From Clostridiales bacterium (lineage in GTDB: Bacteria; Bacillota; Clostridia; Oscillospirales; Ruminococcaceae): a DNA stretch of 24,889 bases. Positions 18,661-24,889 of the stretch are shown here, one piece after another (positions within the stretch are counted from its first letter, which is position 1; every line of letters starts with the position of its first letter). Location of the stretch: the NCBI GenBank assembly GCA_012800685.1, contig JAAZIT010000242.1, positions 1 through 24,889 of the forward strand, read 5' to 3'. Both the position numbers and the translations under genes were made by a program. A model generated the notes under the pieces. That model did not search any database. It was given only the letters and a program-made list of their open reading frames with translations, and had not been told where the DNA came from.

Positions 18661-19146
18661 TCAATAAGTTCTTACACCTAATATATGAATAAATCTAACA
18701 TTTTCATATACATAATCGTCAAGAGGGCGCATATATGCGTCATAGGTATGAGCGGCGACAAAAATCCTGTTGCCCATTTTCCCCACAATTACAGGGGTGT
18801 GGTAAAAATGTCCATTTTCATCTCCTAGCTGTAAAACGTCACCAACTTCTGCTTCACGCTGTGTAACTTCCTTTCCATATGGGCCAACACCTTTATTATT
18901 TACAAGAAAGTTATAAAGATACTCTACACCTGTCCAAGATGGGGTACGATTGTTTAATGAGTAATAGTACCACCCTATTGTTGGGGTTGGATTCATTACT
19001 CCTGCTCCAGCATAAATGCACTGGGAGGCAAAGTTTGTACAGTCACCTCCTAAATTTTCAAAATCATAATAAGCGGGATTACGTTCGAAAGCCCATTTTC
19101 TTGCATAATTTACTACTGATAATCTATTATATATTAATTCACGCAT
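18661..19146 (-). CDS. Stand-alone Amidase_6 (putative amidase) domain protein
   Basis: YNRLSVVNYARKWA, GGDCTNFASQC (Cys), GWYY, SWTGV, GDVLQL, YHTPVI (His), AAHT. RBS GGAGG. Confidence 0.85.
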   Translation of the reverse strand: MRELIYNRLSVVNYARKWAFERNPAYYDFENLGGDCTNFASQCIYAGAGVMNPTPTIGWYYYSLNNRTPSWTGVEYLYNFLVNNKGVGPYGKEVTQREAEVGDVLQLGDENGHFYHTPVIVGKMGNRIFVAAHTYDAYMRPLDDYVYENVRFIHILGVRTY

Positions 19147-19235
19147 TAGATAACCTCCAATTTATTTTAATACTATATAATATACATATGGTGAGGATTT
19201 TGGTTCTAATTTGTTTGTCTATATATATCTATCTA

Positions 19236-19264
19236 TTGACAATGTGACTTATTTCGACTATAAT
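19236..19264 (+). promoter_or_regulatory. Consensus sigma-A promoter of the thi operon
   Basis: TTGACA-17 nt-TATAAT directly upstream of the TPP riboswitch. Confidence 0.85.
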
Positions 19265-19276
19265 TAATATGTAATC

Positions 19277-19391
19277 AAACAGGGGAGTGCGTCCGATGTG
19301 GTCGCTACTGAGAGGGAGCTTAGCTCCGACCCTATGGGATATTTTATAATATCTTTATACCTGATTCGGATAATGCCGACGTAGGGAGTTT
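19277..19391 (+). ncRNA. TPP riboswitch (canonical)
   Basis: AGGGG...CTGAGAGGG-P3a-CCGACCCT...ACCTGAT-TCGG-ATAATG-CCGA-CGTAGGGA, upstream of thiC. Confidence 0.97.
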
Positions 19392-19413
19392 GCTGTGATA
19401 AAATATAATCATG

Positions 19414-19444
19414 GAACAAGCTTTTGTTGGCTTGTTCTTTTTTT
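19414..19444 (+). terminator. Riboswitch expression-platform terminator
   Basis: GAACAAGC (19414-19421) / GCTTGTTC (19430-19437) followed by a T run. Confidence 0.88.
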
Positions 19445-19540
19445 ATTGAACAAGTCTAACTAGTTTTAGTTTAGTGTGATTTTATTATTTCTCAGATAGG
19501 GTTTTCTGTATTGATTAACAACATCTAAAGGAATGATAAA

Positions 19541-20863
19541 ATGACTGGCGTAAAGACTTACAAAACCCAAATGGAAGCAGCCAAAAAAGGTATTATCACA
19601 AAGGAAATGGAGATAGTTGCTAAAAAGGAACAGATGGAAGTTGAGAAGCTAAGGGGACTTGTTGCACTTGGACAGGTGGCAATTCCTGCTAATGTTAGAC
19701 ACGCTTCACTCTCACCAGAGGGAATAGGCAAGGGCATGAAAACCAAAATTAACGTTAACCTTGGTATTTCAGGTGATGCAAAAAACTATGACCATGAATT
19801 TGAAAAGGTAAATATGGCTTTAAAATTTGGAGCAGAGGCTATAATGGATTTATCTAACTATGGAAAAACCAATAAATTTAGACAAGAGCTTATTAATATG
19901 TCTCCTGCAATGATTGGTACAGTTCCAATGTATGATGCCATTGGATATCTTGAAAAAGATTTGCTTGAAATAACAGCAAAGGACTTTTTAAAGGTTGTTA
20001 AAGCTCATGCTGAAGAGGGTGTGGATTTTGTTACAATCCACGCTGGAATTAACAAGCGTTGTGTTGAGGCTTTTAAGCGTGACAAGAGGAAGATGAACAT
20101 TGTTTCTCGTGGTGGAAGCCTGCTATTCGCTTGGATGGAAATGACAGGAAATGAAAATCCATTTTTTGAATATTATGACGAGGTTTTAGAAATTCTTCGT
20201 GAATACGATGTTACAATTAGTTTAGGTGACGCACTTCGTCCAGGGTGCATTGACGACAGCTCAGATGCTGGACAAATTTCGGAGCTAATTGAGCTAGGGT
20301 ATTTAACCGAAAGAGCGTGGGCAAAGGATGTTCAAGTTATGGTTGAGGGACCAGGACACATGGCAATTAATGAAATTGAAGCAAACATGAAACTTCAAAA
20401 AAGACTTTGTCATGAAGCACCTTTTTACGTTCTAGGTCCAATTGTAACAGATTGTTTTCCAGGATACGATCACATTACATCAGCTATTGGTGGTGCAATT
20501 GCTGCATCATCTGGAGCAGACTTTTTGTGCTATGTAACACCTGCTGAACATTTAAGACTTCCTAACATTGATGACGTAAAGGAAGGCATAATTGCAACAA
20601 AAATAGCGGCACATTCGGCTGATATTGCAAAGGGAATTCCAAACGCAAGAAACAGAGATAATGCCATGTCTGATGCAAGGCACAGGCTTAATTGGGACGA
20701 TATGTTTAAAATTGCATTTGATGGTGAAAAGGCTCAAAGATATTTTGAAGAAACTCCACCAGCAGACCGTCATAGCTGTTCAATGTGCGGTAAAATGTGT
20801 GCAGTTAGAACAACAAATTTAATTCTTGAAGGTAAAAAGGTTGAGTTTTGTACAGAAAAATAG
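19541..20863 (+). CDS. thiC: Phosphomethylpyrimidine (HMP-P) synthase, radical SAM
   Basis: [70 protein letters not shown]-terminal CSMCGKMC. Confidence 0.98.
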   Translation: MTGVKTYKTQMEAAKKGIITKEMEIVAKKEQMEVEKLRGLVALGQVAIPANVRHASLSPEGIGKGMKTKINVNLGISGDAKNYDHEFEKVNMALKFGAEAIMDLSNYGKTNKFRQELINMSPAMIGTVPMYDAIGYLEKDLLEITAKDFLKVVKAHAEEGVDFVTIHAGINKRCVEAFKRDKRKMNIVSRGGSLLFAWMEMTGNENPFFEYYDEVLEILREYDVTISLGDALRPGCIDDSSDAGQISELIELGYLTERAWAKDVQVMVEGPGHMAINEIEANMKLQKRLCHEAPFYVLGPIVTDCFPGYDHITSAIGGAIAASSGADFLCYVTPAEHLRLPNIDDVKEGIIATKIAAHSADIAKGIPNARNRDNAMSDARHRLNWDDMFKIAFDGEKAQRYFEETPPADRHSCSMCGKMCAVRTTNLILEGKKVEFCTEK

Positions 20864-20895
20864 GAAATAACTATTAAATCATATATCATTTCTTT

Positions 20896-21045
20896 AGTGC
20901 GGATGAAGAGGAGCGTCTTTGTCTGTTAATTATGGCCAGAAAATCTGGTTCAGATAGCGATGGGAACTCGTGTTTCGAGGTGAGAGGGTGCTAAAAGTAC
21001 CGACCGAACTGATTAGCATCTGTGTTTTATACACAGTTATAGCAC
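20896..21045 (+). ncRNA. Candidate variant TPP-like riboswitch upstream of thiW
   Basis: Shares TGAGAGGG, P3a, CCGACC and CTGATT with the upstream TPP riboswitch. P1/P2/P4/P5-like pairings can be drawn, but the ATAATG loop and CGTAGGGA are absent. Confidence 0.6.
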
Positions 21046-21143
21046 CTTGTTGCTGTAATGGAATTTCATGTGGTTTTAACATGAATTGCTAGGGTTTGGC
21101 TTTTCCAATGCTTTTCAGATACTATTTGAAAAGAGGAACTTAA

Positions 21144-21887
21144 ATGAACCAAAAAACAAACAAAACATCCCAAGCAATGTTAAAAATGATTATGCTTGCA
21201 ATGCTAGTAGCAATCGGAGTAGTAATTTCGCCAATACTTAGGGTTGAGGGAATGTGTCCAATGGCACATCTTATTAATATAGTATGTGCGGTATTGTTAG
21301 GACCGTGGTACTCGCTTTTATGTGCTGTACTTATAGGAATTTTAAGAATGTTATTCATGGGTATTCCACCACTAGCCTTAACTGGTGCAGTGTTCGGAGC
21401 TTTTTTATCAGGTGTTCTTTATAGAGCATCAAAGGGAAAGCTTATATTCGCTGTAATAGGTGAGGTTATTGGAACTGGGATTATTGGTGCAATTGTATCT
21501 TATCCAGTCATGACATTTTTATGGGGAAGAGAAGGACTTACAGCATTTTTCTATATTCCATCATTTATAAGTGGAACTTTAATTGGTGGAGCTGTTGCAT
21601 TTATTTTCTTAAAAGAACTGGCTAAAAACAAACTTCTTGGCAAATTTCAGCAAGCGTTAGGTTCAAAGGTTTGTGAGGGAAGTATAAATGTTTGGAGCGA
21701 CTCAATTGGAATTGCGTTCTTAGGCATTATAGGATATCTTGCGGTATTAGTATTAAGAAACAGGCTAAATTTTAAAGGCATTGCCTTTTATGCACCACAC
21801 ATTATTTTAGTGCTATTTGTGGCATTTGCTGTTATATATTTAATAATAAACAAGAAAACAAAAAAGGAAAGCCCACAGACAAATTAA
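21144..21887 (+). CDS. thiW: ECF transporter S component ThiW (thiazole precursor), with C-terminal extension
   Basis: PMAHLINIVCAVLLGPWY, GIPPLALTGAVFGA, GEVIGTGIIG, FYIPSFISGTLIGG; located in the thi operon. Confidence 0.9.
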   Translation: MNQKTNKTSQAMLKMIMLAMLVAIGVVISPILRVEGMCPMAHLINIVCAVLLGPWYSLLCAVLIGILRMLFMGIPPLALTGAVFGAFLSGVLYRASKGKLIFAVIGEVIGTGIIGAIVSYPVMTFLWGREGLTAFFYIPSFISGTLIGGAVAFIFLKELAKNKLLGKFQQALGSKVCEGSINVWSDSIGIAFLGIIGYLAVLVLRNRLNFKGIAFYAPHIILVLFVAFAVIYLIINKKTKKESPQTN

Positions 21888-21899
21888 AGGAAGTATTAT

Positions 21900-22727
21900 A
21901 TGCTCATTAAAAAACTAAACTGTATAAAAAATTTAGAAAATGTTAAAATATCTTCTCCTCTCATTCATTGTATTACTAATCCAATATCTATAAATGATTG
22001 TGCTAATGGTGTACTGGCAGTTGGAGCAAGACCTATTATGGCAGAACATCCAGACGAGGTAAGCCAAATAACGAAAACTGCAAAGGCTTTAGCACTTAAT
22101 CTAGGAAATATTACTGATGCACGAATGGTATCAATGCTAATTTCAGCTGAAACAGCAGTTGAAATTGGTATCCCTTTTGTGATAGATACGGTTGGAGTGG
22201 CTTGCTCAAGCTTGAGGCTTAAATATGCAAGAAATATAATTAAAAAGTCAAGACCAACTGTTATAAAGGGAAACATAACTGAAATAAAAATGTTTAGCGG
22301 AAGTAATTATTCTCAAAATGGAGTTGACAGTCTTAAATCTGACAGCTTAGATTTAAGTGAAAATTCTTATTTGGTTTTAGAGACCGCAAAAAAGCTAGGC
22401 TGTATTGTTTTAGCTAGTGGAGAGATAGATATTATATCTGATGGTACTAAAGTAGTTCATGTTTATAATGGTACTAAGCAGCTATCTAATATAACTGGTA
22501 CAGGGTGTCTTTTAAATGTACTAGTGGCAAGCTTTCTTTCGGTTTCGCCTGATATTTATGGGGCTATTACAGCAAGTGTGGTTATGGGCATTTGTGGAGA
22601 AATGTCGGTAACAACCAAAGGCAGTGGAACATTTAAAGTAAATTTAATGGACGCACTTTCAAAACTTACAGAGGAGCAATTTTTAAAGTATTTTAACGCA
22701 AAGGAAGTTAATATTAATGGGCTATAA
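21900..22727 (+). CDS. thiM: Hydroxyethylthiazole kinase
   Basis: PLIHCITN, LAVGARPIMA, LNLG, IDTVGV, IKGNITEI, ITGTGCLL. Confidence 0.93.
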   Translation: MLIKKLNCIKNLENVKISSPLIHCITNPISINDCANGVLAVGARPIMAEHPDEVSQITKTAKALALNLGNITDARMVSMLISAETAVEIGIPFVIDTVGVACSSLRLKYARNIIKKSRPTVIKGNITEIKMFSGSNYSQNGVDSLKSDSLDLSENSYLVLETAKKLGCIVLASGEIDIISDGTKVVHVYNGTKQLSNITGTGCLLNVLVASFLSVSPDIYGAITASVVMGICGEMSVTTKGSGTFKVNLMDALSKLTEEQFLKYFNAKEVNINGL

Positions 22728-23361
22728 TTTTAGAAAAAATCTTGATACAACACTGTATTTAGTTACAGACAGCACGAATCTTGAGGAAAAAGTATTCCTT
22801 AAAAAGATTCAGAAGGCTTGTCAAGGTGGAGTTACACTTTTACAGCTAAGAGAAAAGGAACGCACAAGTCGTGAATTTTTAAGCCTTGCAAAAAAGGTAA
22901 TGGAAATATCACACAGATATAACATACCACTTTTAATTGATGATAGGATTGACATTGCATTAGCCGTGAACGCTGACGGAGTTCATGTGGGACAAAGCGA
23001 TATTCCGGTTTCAATTGCAAGAAAGCTTTTAGGTGAGGACAAAATTGTTGGTGCAACAGCAAAAACAGTTGACCAAGCTCAAGAGGCGTACAGTCAAGGT
23101 GCTGACTATTTAGGAGTGGGTGCAATTTATCCAACCACCACTAAGGTAATTACCGTTTTAACAAAGGTTGAAACTCTAGCCGAAATTTGCAAGGCTGTTC
23201 CTATAAAAGTAAATGCAATTGGTGGGCTTAACAGGGATAATATTTCGGTTTTAGAGGGAAGTGGAATTGACGGAATATGCGTTGTTTCTGCAATCATGAA
23301 GGCTGAGAAACCTTTTGAAGAAGCTGAGAGCCTTAGAGAACAAGTTGAGAAAATGAGGTAA
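22717..23361 (+). CDS. thiE: Thiamine-phosphate synthase
   Basis: LYLVTD, GGVTLLQLREK, IDDRIDIA, GVHVGQSD, GADYLGVGAIYPTTTK, AIGG. Overlaps the thiM end by 11 nt. Confidence 0.97.
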   Translation: MGYNFRKNLDTTLYLVTDSTNLEEKVFLKKIQKACQGGVTLLQLREKERTSREFLSLAKKVMEISHRYNIPLLIDDRIDIALAVNADGVHVGQSDIPVSIARKLLGEDKIVGATAKTVDQAQEAYSQGADYLGVGAIYPTTTKVITVLTKVETLAEICKAVPIKVNAIGGLNRDNISVLEGSGIDGICVVSAIMKAEKPFEEAESLREQVEKMR

Positions 23362-23370
23362 TGGAATAAA

Positions 23371-24171
23371 ATGAAAACAGTTTTAACTATTGCTGGCTCA
23401 GACTCAAGTGGGGGAGCTGGAATTCAAGCAGATTTAAAGACTATGACAGCCCATGGGCTTTATGGAATGTCTGTTATTACGGCTTTAACTGCCCAAAACA
23501 CTACGGGAGTTTTTGGGATTTTTGAAAGTACTCCTGAATTTGTTGGGAAGCAGCTTGATGCAGTATTCACAGATATTTTTCCTGATTCAGTTAAAATAGG
23601 AATGGTATCAAACCCTGAAATAGTCAAGGTAATTGCCCAAAGGCTAGAGCTATACAAAGCAAAAAACATTGTTCTTGACCCAGTAATGGTATCAACCAGC
23701 GGTTCAAAGCTTATGTCCGACGATGCCCAAAATGTATTAGTTTCGGAGCTTTTACCACTTGCTAGAGTTATTACTCCCAATGTTCCAGAATGTGAGATTT
23801 TGGCAGGGATAAAAATTCAAACAAGTAACGATATGGTTGAGGCTGGAAAGATTATCTTTAACAAGACAAAAGTTTCAGTTTTAGTAAAAGGTGGACACAG
23901 AGTAAATGATGCCAACGATGTTTTAATAAATGCTGAGGGTGCAAAATGGTTTTTTGGGGAGAGAATAGACAACCCAAATACTCATGGAACTGGTTGCACC
24001 TTATCATCAGCAATTGCTTGTGGACTAGCTAAGGGAAAAACTCTTTCAGAAAGTGTAATTTCTGCAAAGGCATATATTTCTAAAGCAATTAAAGACGGCA
24101 TGGATTTAGGAAAAGGCTCTGGCCCTTTAAATCACTGTTGTATAATTAACAAACCGAGTGTTGACAAATAG
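23371..24171 (+). CDS. thiD: Hydroxymethylpyrimidine/phosphomethylpyrimidine kinase
   Basis: LTIAGSDSSGGAGIQADLKT, VKIGM, DPVMVSTSG, TPNVPE, KGGH, HGTGCTLSSAIA. Confidence 0.97.
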   Translation: MKTVLTIAGSDSSGGAGIQADLKTMTAHGLYGMSVITALTAQNTTGVFGIFESTPEFVGKQLDAVFTDIFPDSVKIGMVSNPEIVKVIAQRLELYKAKNIVLDPVMVSTSGSKLMSDDAQNVLVSELLPLARVITPNVPECEILAGIKIQTSNDMVEAGKIIFNKTKVSVLVKGGHRVNDANDVLINAEGAKWFFGERIDNPNTHGTGCTLSSAIACGLAKGKTLSESVISAKAYISKAIKDGMDLGKGSGPLNHCCIINKPSVDK

Positions 24172-24189
24172 TCACTCATTTGTTACAAT
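24161..24189 (+). promoter_or_regulatory. Near-consensus sigma-A promoter overlapping the thiD stop codon
   Basis: TTGACA-17 nt-TGnTACAAT. Confidence 0.55.
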
Positions 24190-24193
24190 CTTA

Positions 24194-24237
24194 AAGGCAC
24201 TAGATTTCTTAGAAATCACAGTGCCTTATATTTTTTT
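24194..24237 (+). terminator. Terminator-like hairpin after thiD
   Basis: AAGGCACT / AGTGCCTT outer stem, GATTTC / GAAATC inner stem, then ATATTTTTTT. Confidence 0.75.
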
Positions 24238-24453
24238 ATGGTTAATAGCTTTTACTGTACAATAAAAAAACTCATCCATTGCTTCGGTACTAAGAGGCTT
24301 TGGAGAATTATTCCAATATTATCTATTTTTTCTTATTTTTCAGATGACAGGAATATGGTTGGTATTCCAATGGTTAAACTTTTAATATTATGTGTATCCT
24401 GTACGCTATTAGTTAATTCCCTAAAAAAGAATTATTAACATACTAAAGATACA

Positions 24454-24482
24454 TTGCAATTTTAAATAAATCATGTTATAAT
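24454..24482 (+). promoter_or_regulatory. Sigma-A promoter for the DUF1934 gene
   Basis: TTGCAA-17 nt-TGnTATAAT. Confidence 0.7.
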
Positions 24483-24521
24483 TACTAGACTTGTATTGAT
24501 TTATTGAAAGGGAAAACAGAA

Positions 24522-24889
24522 TTGAAAGAAAATGATGTAAATATTAATCTTGTAAGCACTCAATCTGACGGTGAAAACCTTGAAAGAACTGAGCTTTTTA
24601 CAAGAGGTAAATATAAAAAAACTGCTGATGGATATGTTATATCCTATGAAGAGTCTGAGGCAACTGGCTTTGAGGGCTCAATTACCTCTTTAGAGGTCTT
24701 TGGACAAAAAAAAGTTGTTTTAGAGCGTACTGGTTCAACTGAAAGCCAATTTATTATCGAAAAGGATAAAAAACATTTTTGTAGATATGGGACACCATAT
24801 GGGGATTTTACCGTGGGTGTAACTGCTGACGAAATCATCTCAAGTCTAGGTGAAAAAGGCGGAGATTTAAAATTTAAGTATGTAATAGA
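24522..24889 (+). CDS. DUF1934 domain protein (3'-truncated; not in the ORF track)
   Basis: TTG start after AAAGGG. Open to the window end: MKENDVNINLVSTQSDGE...YVISYEESEATGFEG...VVLERTG...YGTPYGDF...GGDLKFKY, matching the DUF1934 pattern (ISY.E, YxTPYG). Confidence 0.85.
   Translation, partial: MKENDVNINLVSTQSDGENLERTELFTRGKYKKTADGYVISYEESEATGFEGSITSLEVFGQKKVVLERTGSTESQFIIEKDKKHFCRYGTPYGDFTVGVTADEIISSLGEKGGDLKFKYVI

Noticed and set aside
5270-20863. Clustering of Fe-S enzymes (Nth, NadA, ThiC) around the Rrf2 regulator as a regulon
   Set aside because: The genes are in separate transcription units kilobases apart, and I saw no shared box in their promoters.
20897-21140. Group II intron (GTGCG start), glycine riboswitch (GGATGAAG...GGAG...ACCGAA) or lysine riboswitch (AGAGGAGC) as the identity of the thiC-thiW element
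   Set aside because: No domain V and far too short for an intron. The glycine GGAGAG/GAAGG/CAGG core is missing. The lysine loop-E, GCCGAA and CTGTC elements are missing. The TPP-like blocks fit better in both order and spacing.
24238-24438. 66-aa plus-strand ORF and protein-like fragments on the minus strand
   Set aside because: ATG directly follows a T run with no RBS. The minus-strand frames are broken by stops and I do not recognise them, so a pseudogene call cannot be supported.

Overview
AT-rich chromosomal window from a Clostridia-type Firmicute (Oscillospiraceae/Lachnospiraceae-like, inferred from gene content and sigma-A promoters). It contains: the end of an ilvB-ilvN-ilvC operon; a signal-peptide-less GH74 glycoside hydrolase; nth; an mraY-like/pssA/psd/pullulanase run; recQ; an Lsa-family ABC-F ribosome-protection gene with a long attenuator leader; an orphan priming glycosyltransferase; a lone nadA; a MerR/TipA (Mta-like) regulator with its own operator; an Rrf2 regulator; a small Amidase_6 protein; a TPP-riboswitch-led thiC-thiW-thiM-thiE-thiD operon; and the start of a DUF1934 gene. 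I saw no mobile elements, tRNA/rRNA or CRISPR arrays. The most striking feature is a second RNA element between thiC and thiW (about 20896-21045). It can be folded into the TPP-riboswitch topology and keeps the pyrimidine-sensing UGAGA core, but the pyrophosphate-sensing junctions are rebuilt. It is a candidate variant riboswitch with altered ligand specificity controlling thiazole-salvage genes. All RNA structures were paired by eye, and no database searches were run.
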